DNA from: the human T2T-CHM13v2.0 reference genome, Homo sapiens
Direction: 5' to 3' (one strand)
NCBI RefSeq assembly: GCF_009914755.1
Contig: NC_060947.1
Length of the DNA stretch: 64,000 bases
Part shown: in pieces, positions 16,471-33,000 of the stretch
Layout of the letters: every line of letters starts with the position of its first letter
Numbering within the stretch: the first letter of the stretch is position 1
Translations under genes and position numbers: made by a program
The notes under the pieces: model-generated
What the model saw: only the letters and a program-made list of their open reading frames with translations
What the model was told of the DNA's origin: nothing
The model's database searches: none

Positions 16471-17934
16471 GTCCTTTTTCCAACACTCATCTTAAGACCC
16501 CCCTTTTCCTTTATGTAGCTGATGGCTAATTAAAGCTAAGTATTTAGCATAAATCAGGGCTTTTGTGAATTATCTGAATAATTAGACTCATTGTACATTC
16601 AGGGCCCTTATTTTATTTCATCTAAAAGTTTAATGATAAATGGGCTTCCATTGCCCAAAATGAGCTTCTCTGGTACTGAAACTGGATGTAATTTTTTATT
16701 GAATTGGGCTTTAGGAAAATAACTTAAAATGTACAGGGACTGTGATAAAGAGCAGCTTAAATTCCCAATTTTTTTTTCTTTTTGCTTTACAAATCGACAT
16801 CAGCTACCAAAAATAAGACCAGATTAAATGGGTACGTGAATATTTAATGTAAAATTAGGAATATGTTGCTAAAAATCAGGAGAGAGTTTAGAGATATAAC
16901 CATGAATAAATTGTGAAATATCAGCTTACTTCTCTGCTGCAACACTGGCCTAAAGAAGCTTTTCTGTTTCCCCAGCAACCTCGCGTGGCATTAGCTTGCT
17001 TCCCTCAGAGTAAATTAAATGTGATTTTCAAGTACTACACTTCATTATTTCAGAAATCACAATACCTTGCAGAAATAAGAACATTTCATAAATCACATTG
17101 GAGTTTATTTTTTAAGCCAGAGCAGAGAAAGTATTTATTTGGAAATTTTTTTTCTTTAAAATCTACTGAATTTCCGAGGGCTTATAAATTATCTCTCTGA
17201 TGAGCTGGTAAATGGGACATAGCATGCTTTATTTACTTAAAATGTATTAGTAATTGCCCAATCATATTTTTAAAAGAGTTTTAGTTATCAGTGATGTGAA
17301 AAAGATAAAAGCCACATCTCAAATGAACCATATAATTTTATGATCAAAAGTTCCAGAGGACTAAAAATATCATATTAATGCTAACAATCATTTTCTAAAG
17401 TAAAACTCTCACATTCATGCATCTGATCACTTGTAAACAATGTGTCCCCAAAGTTGTAGCATATCTTATGTATGATACACACATGCACCCACCCACATAT
17501 CTATATTCCATGCTGTATTTACCCAGAACTGGTCTATTTTAAATTTTGGATAAATGATTATTTTAACACCTGACCTATCTGCATCCATATTACTTCTGGT
17601 GTTTAAAAAATATCTTATATCTGAAATTGACGTAACTTGATTTTTCAAACTATTTAGTAACCAGTTGTTAAAGTGCTTTTGAAGCTAACCTGTGTCTCCA
17701 TTATATTACTTAGCACAGTTGGCCTGAGTTAGGAGTTATTCAGGTAAGTGACTGACTTCAGGTGCTGTCAGGTGAGTGACTTGACAGCAGGAAGGATATT
17801 TGGTTTATTTGAGTTATCATCCATAGAGGCTAGCAAGATGGCTGTGTGAATTCATTGATAATGGTTCTTCGACCAAGTGGGTTAATTTTTGAATAGAGCC
17901 AAGGTTTGCTTTTCTCCAGAGAAAGTAAGAATAG

Positions 17935-18161
17935 AGTACTTTCACTCCTGAGGGAGTGTAAGATGATCCATCAGGAAGTAGAAAGAAAATATTAAAACAT
18001 TTATTTTGATTTAAAAAAAGAATAGTAAAAGTTAATATGTGATTTGCTAGTAGTCTAAGCATAAAATTCAATACATATAATTAAATACGCACATAGTAGG
18101 AGTGCATGCTCAGATTTTATCACTGGTAGGGGTAAACATGACAGAGGTTTGGAGATCACTG
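17935..18161. mobile_element. Possible hAT-Charlie MITE relic
   Basis: Terminal GTTTGGAGATCACTG typical of hAT ends, AT-rich interior. Confidence 0.4.
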
Positions 18162-18269
18162 TTTTAGTTACAGAATGTCCAGGTAGGCTGATTTCTGCTG
18201 TCCTTCAAGCTACCCTGAAGTGCTGATGGATGCCCCAGATTGTACCACATGGCCTCTTTCTTTATCAGG

Positions 18270-18470
18270 AGTATAGACTTAGGAGCCATTCAGATCTGAA
18301 TTTGAATCTTAGCACTCCCACTAATTGTGTGACCTTGGATAAAACAGTTCTTTTCTCAGTTTTCTTATCTTTAAAATGAGGATTAAAATGCTTCACGTAC
18401 AGAGTATTGTGAGCATTAATAGAGATATAAAGCAATTGATAGATGGTTGAAATTCGGCAAATATTAGCTG
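18270..18470 (+). mobile_element. MIR
   Basis: TTTGAATCTTAGC...TGTGTGACCTTGGATAA...CTCAGTTTTCTTATCTTTAAAATGAGG. Confidence 0.8.
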
Positions 18471-18711
18471 CTTTCAAAGTATGTTAAAATTTTAAATATG
18501 TGAGCTGTTATTTGTCATCAGTACTTTTGCATAAATGAGTATGGGATTCTTTTTTCTTTTTTACTGTGGCAAAATACAACTAAATCTGACCATTTTAACC
18601 ATTTTAAAGTGAGCAATTCAGTGGTGTTTAGGACATTCACAAGTTGTGTAAACAGCACCACTATCAAATTCCAGAACTTTTTCATCACTCCACATGAAAA
18701 CCCCATACTAA

Positions 18712-19159
<448 letters not shown>

Positions 19160-19212
19160 TGAATGGCTTCTTTTACTTAGCATCATGTTTTCTAGTTTCA
19201 TCCACATTGTAG

Positions 19213-19510
<298 letters not shown>

Positions 19511-19690
19511 AATATCTCTTTGTATGAATACATCACATTTTGCTTATCCAACCGTCAGCTGATGGACATTTGAGTTGTTTCCACTTTTTGGCTACTGTGA
19601 ATAATACTGCTATGAACATTTGTGTATCTATCTTTGTGTGGACTATACTTTCAATTCTGTCATGTATAGGAATAGAATTGGTGGGTCATA

Positions 19691-20063
<373 letters not shown>

Positions 20064-21648
20064 TCAACTCTGTATTTCAGAGAAGATCCTGCCTGCATGC
20101 AGCCAAAATTAATCCAAATATGTCTTATGATGCAGATGACAACTACTTTGTCTTTACACTCCTTAGTGTTCTCTAGTGCTCCCTAGTGCCTAGGCTATTT
20201 CCTGGTAGTTTGAGGTGGCACATTGGATACTGAAGAATAATATCAACTTGTATGATGGCAAACTCATATCTGTTCCTCTAGCCCATACTGCTGTGGGATC
20301 CCTGAAAGAGGGGCTCCTGTCTTGGCATCATGCTTAGCAAGCCTCCATGCTGACCCTCCTTTGCCTGTACTCCCCTTATGGGGCAAGGAGATTCTGAGGG
20401 ATGAAGAAGGTGAGCACCCCTAGAGCCCATGCCTCTCCTATACTCCACTCCAGGTACCTAGGACACAGAAATTCTCCTCCCAAACAGCCCTGAGCCTGCC
20501 TCCAGGGCATACATGAGCCTCATCCCAGGGCGTATTCTCCCAGTGGTGGACCGTGACACTGGCATATGTACCGCTAGGCCTTGGCAGGAGTCAAGGGCCT
20601 CTTGAACCTGCAGGCTAGGGTCTCTGCACGTAAGAATCCTCTTGTAAGTGTAGAGCCCACATAGGAATGTGAAGAGAAGAGGGGGTGGTCTGGGTATTAC
20701 TGGTTGGTGTTCCCTTCATTACCACATTCTGACCCCACACTCCTAGGAACTTGAGAATTCTCTGTTTGAAACTGGCCTTCTGCAGTGCTGCAGGTGTTGT
20801 TATTTCATTTTACCCAAAATTCTCAAGAGTCGTTTGGCTCAGGCGCATCTTTAAGGAGTACAAGTGTTTTTCCTGGTAGGTCCTATTCTCACAAAATCCT
20901 CCTAATTCTGGGAAGGGTTTACCCAATGTTCATATTATTACTAGAAGAAAGGGCAGCATCATGTTGTTGAACGGTAGCACCACCAAGAAGAGACTCATGT
21001 CTCTGCCTCCTCCTTCAGTGAGTTAGCCATTTGATAGCATATCCCATCCTCCCTGTCCAAGCACATAAGCCTTAAATCACAAATTCTCTTGAATTGCAGC
21101 CCTAGGGCTATTTTTCAGTGACTGGTAGATAAGTTGGACCATTCTACCTTGTTTTCCAAAAGACAATGTATTTTTCTTATTTGCATAAAACTGAAAGTCC
21201 CACTCTAGCTATTATAAAATTAGAACTCTGCCCTGATAATTTTAAGCTAATATTTAACATTTGGCAAAAAAGATATGGGACAGAAGAGGACTTAGTTTGT
21301 TCTTTAATATTCTAGAGTCTCCTTTCTGTTATTAGCGGCACTCCCACTTAGGGTTACTGAAGTCACAGATAACTTTTGGCCATTTGTAGATAATTTTCCA
21401 TTACACATTAAGCCCAAACTCATGGATTTGTGAATTTGTCACTGTAAAATAATATTCCCTTTGACCTACTCAGTACTCTTGCTGAGCACCTGCTCTTCCT
21501 CTGTGACCTAGAGGAATAACAGAGTTCCTTGGTTGGTGAAGAGATGACTTCCTCACAGATCAGCTGAGTGTGTGTGAGTCCTTTATGAGACCTGAAACAA
21601 ACTAGCCTAAGCTGGCCTTGAATGATCCTCTGTCCCTGTCCCTGACAC

Positions 21649-21955
<307 letters not shown>

Positions 21956-22191
21956 ATCCCTGGCACTTTCAAAAAGACAGTTTGAATGAATGTTATTAAT
22001 GCCAAAGTCATATGTCTCATAAAGAAAGGTCAAATACAAAATAAATCACTTCATTTATGTATTCATCTTCCGTGTGTTCAGCTCAAGCCCTCTGCTAGGA
22101 TATAGCGATCCGGAGATGAATGACATGAGTCTGTGCTATAGACTCATAGGCTGCCCAGACTAGGAGGGCCCTTTAAGATTATGTCATCTAG

Positions 22192-22510
<319 letters not shown>

Positions 22511-22884
22511 TGATGTCATCTTACAGATAAGGGGACTGCTACTGATTTTTTTCTGGGCTCTCTTAACTTGTATTTCTTTAACACTCTTGCTATCATATGA
22601 CTACCCTGATGCATGGCTGTAACTCAAGGGCTTAAGACTGCTCACCTGAGATGCCTTAGGTTATTTGCATATGCCTTGGGAAGCTGGGAGCCCCATGCCT
22701 AAGTATGGGAGCAGGAAACATGTTCTCAGCTTGTTGAGGTCAGTGGCATTCCCCCTCATCAAACAGGCTGTGAATTTGGTGAGCTTTGTGTATTCTCTGT
22801 CACACTGAATCTCACAGGGTGCTGTGGCACACTGGTATACTGCACGTCCATTACAGCTACATAATCAACATGTGACTTACTGAC

Positions 22885-23345
22885 TTATTTTTTTTCGAAT
22901 TTTATTGAAGTATAATTGACAAAAATTATGCATTTAAGGTGTACAGGGCCAGGCATAAGGGCTTATACCTGTAATTCCAGCACTTTGGGAGCCTGAGGTG
23001 GGAGAATTGCTTGAGTCCAGGAGTTCGAGACCAGCCTGGGCAACATAGGGAGATCCTGTCTCTACAAAATAATAATAATAAAAATAGCCAGTCGTGTTGG
23101 CATGTACCTGTAGTCCCGGCTACTTGGGAGGCTGAAGCAGGAGGATGTCATGAGCCCAGGAGTTGGAGGTTGCCTTGAGCTATGATTGCACAACTGCACT
23201 CCAGCCTGGGTGACAGAGAGAGACCCTGTTTAAAAAAAAAAAAAAAAAAGCGACGTTTTGATATACACGTACATTGTAAAATAATTACTACAATCAAGCT
23301 AATTAACTATGTGAGGTAACTATGTCACCTCACATAGTTAACATT
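22885..23345 (-). mobile_element. L1MA-like extreme 3' end, split by an Alu
   Basis: TTTATTGAAGTATAATTGACA...TTTAAGGTGTACA | ...CAATCAAGCTAATTAAC...CACCTCACATAGTTA. Confidence 0.75.
22947..23249 (+). mobile_element. Alu (AluJ-like)
   Basis: Diverged dimeric Alu with poly-A. Confidence 0.95.
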
Positions 23346-24647
23346 AGCATACCACTTATTTTTACTATGACTGAGGCTCAACGCTGCTGGGAATGGTCTT
23401 CCAGATGAGGCATGAACTGGATTAGTGAGGCGTTGTGGGTACCAGTGACCATGAGAAGAAGTAACAGGCAGAACTTAATTCAGGCCAGCACCAAGGGAAA
23501 CATAGTGCAGAGCTTGGCATATGTTAAGAATTTGTCTGAGGCATGTTTGAGAGAGCACTGCTATCAAAGTAGTAAGTAGTTCCATCCAAACAGCCAGATG
23601 GGTGTGCAATAAGTGTGGATGTATTCCTAAACATAGATAAATAGTCATTGTAAGGCCATTATCATTCACATGCTTTGGGCTGTTCTGAATCCTTTGATCT
23701 CTTTACATGTGTCATCTAAGATATAGTACTTGTTGGTGTGCCTTGCTCACAGAACAGCTGAGAAACCCTATTCTAGTGAAACCTGCTTCTGCTTGCTGAT
23801 GAACTATTATTGAAGCCCTGTGGAAAATGTTAGGAGTAAATTCAGGGAAGAGACAGGTCCTGTCTGGCTGGGATAACTAGGAAAGGTTTCATAGGCAGGT
23901 TTTGTATCTAAGCTAGACCTTCAAACCACTTGCACAAGTACAGGATGGAAGAGATGGACTTAGCGGTGACCATGTGAAAAAAGATTTGGAGTTTTAATCA
24001 ACAGTGAGACCATAAATTAAATGTCTTCTTTAAAACGTTATCAATACTTCCTTTGTGTGGGAAATTAGCTAGGTGCTGGAGACAGGGAGTTCCATCAGGC
24101 TTTTGTCATGCTCTGGAGTTTAGTTGGGGAAGATATGCTAATAGACAGCTGTTACAGATGTGAAACTACCTGCCCATTTGGGACCTGAAAGCAATTTGGA
24201 GGGCCTGGCGCACAGGGCTCAAGCAGCCTGCAGTAAGAATTGAGGCTGAGGCCATGAGCAGAGGTCTTATCATTGAGGGCCTTGTCAAACATTTTAAAGA
24301 GTTTGTGCTTGATCATATATGAATCAAGAATGCAAGATGTGATTGCCCAAGAATTTACCATATTTTCACCATTTAAATATGCCATTGATTGCCATTTGCA
24401 TCATTGATCTAAAATGATCTTTGTTGGAAAACATAAAGTGTTACACATTAAATAGATGCAGTTATTTCTCCCTTCCAGATACATTAAAATGCAAAAAGTA
24501 ATGACCCTCAACATTGAAGAAATATAATTATTTGATGTTAGGCTGTATTAATTGAAGTTTAGGGTCTGCAGTGATGGAGATGTTACTTGCATTGCCGATC
24601 ACAGTGAGCCTATGTGCATTTATGGTTCATTTTAAAAGAAACATCTA

Positions 24648-24830
24648 GGCTGGGTTTGGTGGCTCAGGCCTGTAATTCCAGCACTTTGGGAGGCTGAGGT
24701 GGGAGGATCACTTGAGGCCAGAAGTTTGAGGCTGCAGCGAGCTAGGATTGCGCCACTGCATTCCAGCCTGGATGATGGAGTGAGAGCCTGTCTCTAAATA
24801 AGTAAGTAAATAAACAAACAAACAAACAAA
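24648..24830 (+). mobile_element. Alu monomer (FRAM-like)
   Basis: Single arm, (AAAC)n tail, TSD AAACATCTA at 24639-24647 and 24828-24836. Confidence 0.9.
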
Positions 24831-24984
24831 CATCTACACAAACTAAGTGCATTGGAAGAAAAATGACTAGGCTAGAGAATGACTCCACCATTCCCTATGC
24901 AAAAAAACACAGTAATCATGTGTGCTCTTGTAGTACTCCACACTTCATCTATCCCTGGAACTTTCTTCCCACACTCAAGACCAG

Positions 24985-25124
24985 GATTTATCTGTCTTCC
25001 TCACTAGACACTTAAGATTCATGAGGCAGGGAGTGCTGTTCCCTACCATATCCCTGGCACTAGCACAGTGCTTGTCTTATATTTGACACTTAATATATGT
25101 TGAATGAATGAATGAGTGAATGAG
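24985..25124 (+). mobile_element. L2 3' end
   Basis: CATGAGGCAGGGA...CTAGCACAGTGC...TGTTGAATGAATGAATGA tail. Confidence 0.8.
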
Positions 25125-25544
25125 AGGCTAAGGGTTGGGGGTGGAGGTGGGGAGAGAGAGTACTGTTAAATCTTGGGAAGCATAGTATGCAGAAGTGGTA
25201 ACATGCTTTTTTCCATAGAGTTGCCTTCATAAAATGAGGCCCAGTCGGAAACAGAACTCTTATCCCTTCTAGTTGCCCCAAACTACAAAATGAGTAGTTT
25301 ATGTACTGTAGCAATGTAACTTTATTTGGGGCAATCTGATGATTACTATAGTCAGTCTTTCCTGAAAATATTGCATATATACTCATACAAGCAAAGCTTG
25401 AAGAAAATATCAAGGGGTTCAATAAACCTTCGACAGCCCATTTGTTGACCCCAGGTAAGAACCTCAATTCTGGCACTTTGCAGTTACAAAGCACATTATC
25501 TCAGGAGTAGCAACACTGTGGAGACAGCAAGGCCACACTATGGA

Positions 25545-25680
25545 ACCCATCGTTCAGGTGAAGAAAATGAAGCTGAGAGAAGTTAAGTGATTGGCCCAAG
25601 GTCACATAGCTAATAAATACTGAAGCTGGGATGTGAGTCCAGTTGTGTCTGACTCTGGATTCCAGAGGCTCTACAGTGCA
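25545..25680 (-). mobile_element. MIR
   Basis: GAAGAAAATGAAGCTGAGAGAAGTTAAGTGATTGGCCCAAGGTCACATAGCTA. Confidence 0.85.
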
Positions 25681-25774
25681 CTGCTGTGAGTTTGGTGTCC
25701 AAGGTGCTCAAACAGGCTGTGGTACCTCTTGGCAGGCATATAGAAGTGACATGAACATTAAAAGGGTGGATGTT

Positions 25775-26088
<314 letters not shown>

Positions 26089-26139
26089 TCATAAATGTGT
26101 AAAATGCTTTACAAATCACACAATGCTGGATGCATGCAT

Positions 26140-26400
26140 ACTTACCATCAGAGAAGCTGTGGGGCATAGTGCGGAAGGAGACAGACTATCCATTGAATCC
26201 CGTTTTGGGCATTTAGCAGATGTGTGACCTTGGGCACGTTATTTAACTTCTTTATGTTTCAGTTTCTTTAACTGTAAAATAGAAGTAATAATAATAATAC
26301 TTATGTGTTAGTGAGAGGCTCAAATGAGATAATATGTATACAGTGCCTAGTACAGCACCTCAAAATTGGTAAGAACTCAATAAAGTGTAACTGTTCTCAA
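26140..26400 (+). mobile_element. MIR
   Basis: TGTGTGACCTTGGGCACGTTATTTAACTTCTTTATGTTTCAGTTTC...TGTAAAAT. Confidence 0.85.
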
Positions 26401-26817
26401 TAAATGACATCTAGCATTGAAGTCACTATGATTATTATTTGAAGTAATTTTAATTTTAATAACTCCTTTACTCTCTAAGGAGGGACTCCTATCCTTCATG
26501 ATCAGTTCTCTGAAGAAGTTTTTCTGCACCTTTATAAATCCAAGTTGTGAGGCTGTATGGAGATGCTGCTTCAACCCATGCCACAATCTACACTGGCCTA
26601 TTCAGATTTTGTTTTTTCTTTTAAGAGCAAAAAAGATCAGGTTAAAAAATAGTGAAAATACTGACCATAATTTGTATCATTTTAGTGGACAAAAAAACTT
26701 AAATTTAATATTTGTAGTTTGACAGTAAAATAATATACCTGTAATTTGCCTAATTTAAAGCAGCCTCAAGAAAGGGAAAGCAGACAATTCAGCATGCCCT
26801 TTAAGAGTAGGCATTTA

Positions 26818-27321
<504 letters not shown>

Positions 27322-29515
27322 CTACAGTAAAACAGAAGCAGTATTCAATTTTCCTATGTTGCCACTAATATCTGTGAATTATCTGTTTTGTCAAATAGTT
27401 GTTCAATTAGGAAGACAGTTGACAAATATTTCCCTTTTAGATTTGAATGGCAGATAGCATTTACATTGAAAGTGGCATCATAACGTTTTGACAAAATGAT
27501 GTCAGGAGGGTTTATCCCAGTTAAATTTTTCTAAGCTTTTTTCCTTTCCTTCGAGTGAAAGCAGCTGGAATGCAGTCTGGCTATGTGTCATATTTTTTCA
27601 TTTCAGCCTACTCTATATGTTTCTGTACACTACTGAATTGCCAGTGTCAGGAAATATACTGGCAAAATCCATTTGGCTTAATTTTTAACTATCTTTGCTT
27701 TTATAGGATTTGAGAACGATTCTTTTAGGCTTTGAATAATGTAAACTACCAACCAAGATGCCAAATTTATCATTGACGCTTTATTTTTTTCCTTCCAAAA
27801 TGCAAGTTTTTTTTTAGATTTGCAAACTTTCTATGGCTCTTGCAAGGGAGATCATCAGATGCAGAAAATTAACTCATGTTTTTATAGATGCAAAAAAAAT
27901 GGGGGGAGAGACTTGGAACTTTACAAGTGCTGGCAATTAAAATGATCACATAGTTTTTATCTTTGCATTTAAAGTGGAGAGTTGAGGCAACTATCTAAGA
28001 GGGAGGAAAGTCTTACATTTACATCAATTATTTGGTTTAAAGGCTTGCTTACTCCCCTCCTTGAATGTCACGGACAGGGGCTTCCTTTGGTCAAGGCCAA
28101 GTTTGCATTTGCTGAGCTATAAAGGGAAGTAAGTACTCAGCTATGGTCTTTCTATTCAGTGTCCTTCCTACCTTTATTGCAATATTTCATCTGTATAATA
28201 GGAATATCAGCAAAGCTCAAAATAACTGGCTGTATTCCTTGGAAACGCACAGTTAGCAGACATATAGTATTAGAAAGAAACCTATACAAGTGATGCCTTA
28301 AAATTTAGGGTGCTAGTATTTATTTCTGTTTGTTTTGATTCTATTCCCCATCACACAAAAGAGGGAAGATATTTGGCATTAAAAGTATCTGACTTTGGCC
28401 TGTGTTTGAATAATCCTTCAGGCATTATTGTAATTAAGGGGACTGCCCTTTGATTCTTCTCTATTACTACCACTTTCCAAATGGAGTTTGTTTTGTTTGT
28501 TTGTTTTTTGCATCACAAAAGAAAGTGAAAGTGTTGGAAATTAGTAAGGATTAACATATACACTTCTTCCTGCCATTTCTTATGCCTGGTTGCCAAAGCT
28601 CTGCACTGAGTAAAACGGAAAAATATTGTCAAAAAGATACAAACATTGAAGTCTATAATACAATATAGAGTCTATATTACACATAGGCAGGCAGTAGCTT
28701 TTGGAAGAGAGCTATCAGCTCACATCGACTTAGGAGGAATTTCCTCATGTTATTTTAATATGAAATGGTGTGAGTGACTATTTAGAATAGAGAAAGGACT
28801 ACCACTGAGGAGATTCCAGTACTACAAACAGAGATAGTCTGCTATTGTTGCTTGCAATTGTTTCTTTTTACAGGGGATTGTATTTTGTCAAAATGATGAT
28901 GAATGGTGTTCTAGAAATGTATTAATTGAGCGTACTAAAAATAAGATCCTCTATTTTTGCAAGAAATAACAGGTGAAAAGATGAGTACTCAGTGATGAAT
29001 GGACCCCGTGCTTGTTGAGTAGAATAGTGTTTTGTTACCTGGACCTATTTAATTTTTCTGTCTCTGTTGCAATCATTAAAGAGCACAATCATCGTCTTGT
29101 TCTTTTTTCTTTCTTCCTCTTTAAAATTTGGTCTATCATGGGTTTGTTCTTTATCAAGACACCAAAAGTCTCTTGAGTGATAAGGATGAGTTTTCTTGTA
29201 TCACATGCCTTTAGGAGAATGTAGATAGGGACTTAAATGGTGATTGCCTTTCTCGTCTATTTGCGGGGAGAGATGTAGGATTGGTTACTTTGGTCCTGTA
29301 GCTGGGAATCTTGTGGTCTGCTATGCCATCCACTCTGGAATTCAGTTTAATTCACTTCATTTTCATATCAAGCAATTTGGGAGAGTGCTGGGCTATGCCC
29401 CAAACAGCTCTGACCCCTGAGAGGTGAGGGAATCACTCAATCCAATAGTTACCTGCCTCCCCTCCTCACTTCCCAAACAGAGTTTGAACAATAGTGCCTC
29501 TTCCCATCACAGATG

Positions 29516-29575
29516 CAACAACAACAACAACAACAAAACAAAACAAAAAACAAAAACAAACAAACAAACAAAAAA
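29516..29575 (+). repeat. (CAA)n/(CAAAA)n simple repeat
   Basis: Directly visible. Confidence 0.9.
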
Positions 29576-29839
29576 CCCTGCTTGCCACTTGCTGAGAGAA
29601 GACGTTTGCCACTCTGCAGGGAGAGGGCTAGAGTTGGTGGTGGGGGGGGAGTGGGTTGTCCTTAGGCCAAGACCACCCAAGCATTCTTAGTAGTTTTGGG
29701 ACCCAGCCTAGGATGTGGATAAGAGGGAGGAAAATGTTGAAGAAATGCTGTGAGGGATTTCAGAATGTTGACTTGCACTCACTTAGGCTTTCCCACGGCA
29801 GTGGATTTCAGTCTAGCTGAGCTCTCAGTTACTTGAAGT

Positions 29840-30040
29840 TAGAAGAAAGCAGCATGAAGGAGTGGAAAGAGCCTGGAATTTAGAGTCAGTGGGCCAGTAC
29901 CTGAGCCCCTGCTCTGTGACTCAAGCAAGTCATTGCACCTCTCTGAGTCCTACCAACTTTACAGGGTATGGTGAATGTCTAATCCAACAAGAAACTTCAA
30001 AACACTTTCTAAAACCATAAAACACTAAATCAATGTTGCT
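29840..30040 (+). mobile_element. MIR fragment
   Basis: AGTGGAAAGAGCCTGGAATTTAGAGTCAG...TGTGACTCAAGCAAGTCA. Confidence 0.65.
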
Positions 30041-33000
30041 TATTTGTGTGAGAGCTCAGGAGTAGAAATGTAGATTTGAGCCATCAATAGAAATGTGAGA
30101 ATGAAAGGCTGAGAGAAGTCTTATGAGATTTTCCTGACAATTCAACTCTTTAAAATGATCAGATGCGATAAACCCAGTTTTTCTCATACCAAGTTTTGCT
30201 TTTCCTGTTGTTGACTTTCCTTAACAATCTTTCCCCTTGACAGTGAATTTTAGACCTTCCCTTACAAAGCCACAAGCCTGGCAGGTAGACTTCTCCCCCA
30301 ATTTCAGTTACATGTATCTGTTCAAAAAGAGACTTTTGTTGATCAGCCTTGCCACACTGTCCATTTATTTTATGGGACATCTCTTCCTGAGCCTCCAAAG
30401 TTAAGCAGAGGGACCTCTTTGCCCCAGCACCTGAGAGGACTTGCCACCACAGTGGGGCTCCCTGCAGTTGGAGAGGAGGTAGAGGGTGGGGGTACAGCCC
30501 CTTGCTCTCTAGGTGGGGAAGAAGAATAAAGATGAAAATGGAGAATTAAAATTCATTTCCAAAGCTCTAAACTTTAGATATTGGCTCTTCCTTACTTGAT
30601 AGGTAAATCCTACAAATGTTTGTGATTCAGTGGGTTTAATAAATGATTGAAGGGAGGATCAGGGTAGGAGGCACTGAAAATTATGAACTGCAGCTAGATT
30701 AAATTATCTACAATACATAACTCGAAACAGTCATTTCACCTCAGGCTAAGGCTTTCGTCACAAAGCATACAATGATTTTTTTGTTATTTTAATGACAGCT
30801 TTCAGAAAACATCATAAATCCATAATGTAAATGAAGTAAAATTGCCAAGCAGGGAGAGTCTCCTGTACAACAAACGAAACCTGGAACATACTAGTGAATA
30901 GTAATAAAAGCTATAGCTATAAGTATAGATATATAGAAATACATTAAGAGGAATAGCCGCTTTATTCCCTGTCATTTTTGCATACTATGAAGAGTCAGAG
31001 TGCTATTATTTGATAGGCGGTATTATTTGGAGGCAGGTGTTAGACATGCAATTATCATAAAGACTCTATGCGGTGGATGACCAGATCATACAAATCTGTC
31101 TTTATTCTAATATAGTTTACAGAGTTTTTTCTGACAAATTACACTACACTTTATGGAAATATAACATTTTGTATGAATGGGAAGGATAAGCCTGGTTGCA
31201 TGCTAATGAGGGAGACAAAGTAGCCTCACTCTTATTTGCAACTGGCTCAGACCTTTCCATTAGCAAATTAAAATCTGTTCAAATTTATTTACTAATATAT
31301 TAGGAGAAGCTTCTGGCTAACCCCTTCACCTATATTATAGAGCAAACAACTGTAGCAGTGAAAATAATTAATAGCATGTAATGCACCTCCTGCTTATTTC
31401 TTCTTCATGCCCAGGGGTCAGCTGTATAGTGGGTTTGCCATCTGCATTTGGTTACAAGGGCATATTTACTTAAAAATTATCAATTATAGTTTTAAATGGC
31501 TTTCCTTAATTGTGTTCTTCTTATTCAAGTGTGATACGTATATATATGCTTTGTGTTTATTTGTATATTATATCACCTGCTCCTGACCAATTCTGGGAGG
31601 AGCCTATTCATTTGAAAATAATGTCTCCTGAAGTCTGTTACATTGTTTGTGTTTACCGCATAATCACAAGAGCCATAGCTTTGTTCATCCTCATTATACT
31701 AATACTGAAACGATTAGTGTTCCATCTCTGTATCTAGGAGAAACCTCTCAATTATCTTGCACATCCTTGTAAGGGAGGTTGGGTTGCTAATGGGCCTGAA
31801 ATTTGCAATATGAAAGTCGGTCAGCCAGGCTGTGCAGGAGTAGATGAATGGACTGAGCTTTGCTGACCTCTGCTGTCTACTTTAAAAGGCAGTGATGTTT
31901 TTTTCTCAAGGCAGAGTTGTTTTGAGGTGTTTTTGAATGTCTCATTTATGGAAGAGATTATCATAATTTTGAGCAATAGAGGTGAAAAAGTTCTGTCGGG
32001 ATAGCAGGTGTATGTAGATAGTACCAGAAGAATATGGTCTATGTCTGTCTCATCCAAGAGCCAAGCCCATGCATCTTTCACAGATATAATTCAAAATTGG
32101 AGGCCAGGAATTTTCACAAGTGCCATGATATCCCTTTGTTGCAATTTTTCAAAATCTTTGTCAGAAAATTCTCGAATATTCCAGTGGTTCAGAATAATAC
32201 CTGTTGTTGGATGGCTTTATGATAAGAAGGTCTTCCAGGTAAAAGTAAGGCTCAAAGAGAAGGGGTGGAAATTGAATTATAAATTATGGAATTGGTTTGG
32301 GGTACAGAAGTGCAGAGGAGCTGGGTGAAAGGGAGACAATTAACTTCCTCAGGAGAGGATTTTTTTTTTTCTCCTGGCTCAAGTCTACCTGCGTGTGAAC
32401 TTCAGAAGCAATCATAAGTTGGGGTGGTGAAAAGTCAGGACAGATTCTCGGATGAACTATCTGAGCATCCATTATGCCAGCATCCCCACATTTCTACACA
32501 CCAAAAAGTAGGGCCAAGAAGAGTTCTTTTCCTTGGCTACTCCAGCATAATCCTGCAAGGATAGTTGTGGCTCTATTTCCTGTTTCTTTCTAACCCAGGC
32601 TAGGCAGATGCCTTGAATCACAGCAGTCCTTTCTATTTGTGTGGCACTCTAGGATTGTACATCTCTTAAATGTGGAGGAAGTGGTTTTTCCCTGTTTTGC
32701 AGATGAGCAAACAGGTATGGAAATTAAATGACATGATAAAAGTCACTATTGGATTGATACGATACATGAGAGCAGTTAAATAGAACCAGACCCCCGAACT
32801 TCAGAGATTTCAAAAAGGCATTTATCTCTGGAAGGATTCTGAAGTAAGAAATTCTCATGAAATATACATCATGCACAACACCACCTCTTTCCCTGAAATG
32901 CTCATTGCTTCCTTGCTTTCTCCCCTTTCTACCCTTCTACTCCTGTCTCTAAATTCTTGGCCAGTGCCTTTCCTCTTCTTCCCTGCTTCTCCTGCGGCCA

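Noticed and set aside
27680-27720. Acceptor-like TTTAAC...CTTTGCTTTTATAG
   Set aside because: No matching donor or ORF found; such motifs are common in T-rich DNA
28860-28980. Candidate exon (TTTCTTTTTACAG acceptor, CAG|GTGAAA donor)
   Set aside because: Weak donor, no recognisable protein similarity, stop in the longest frame; no other support
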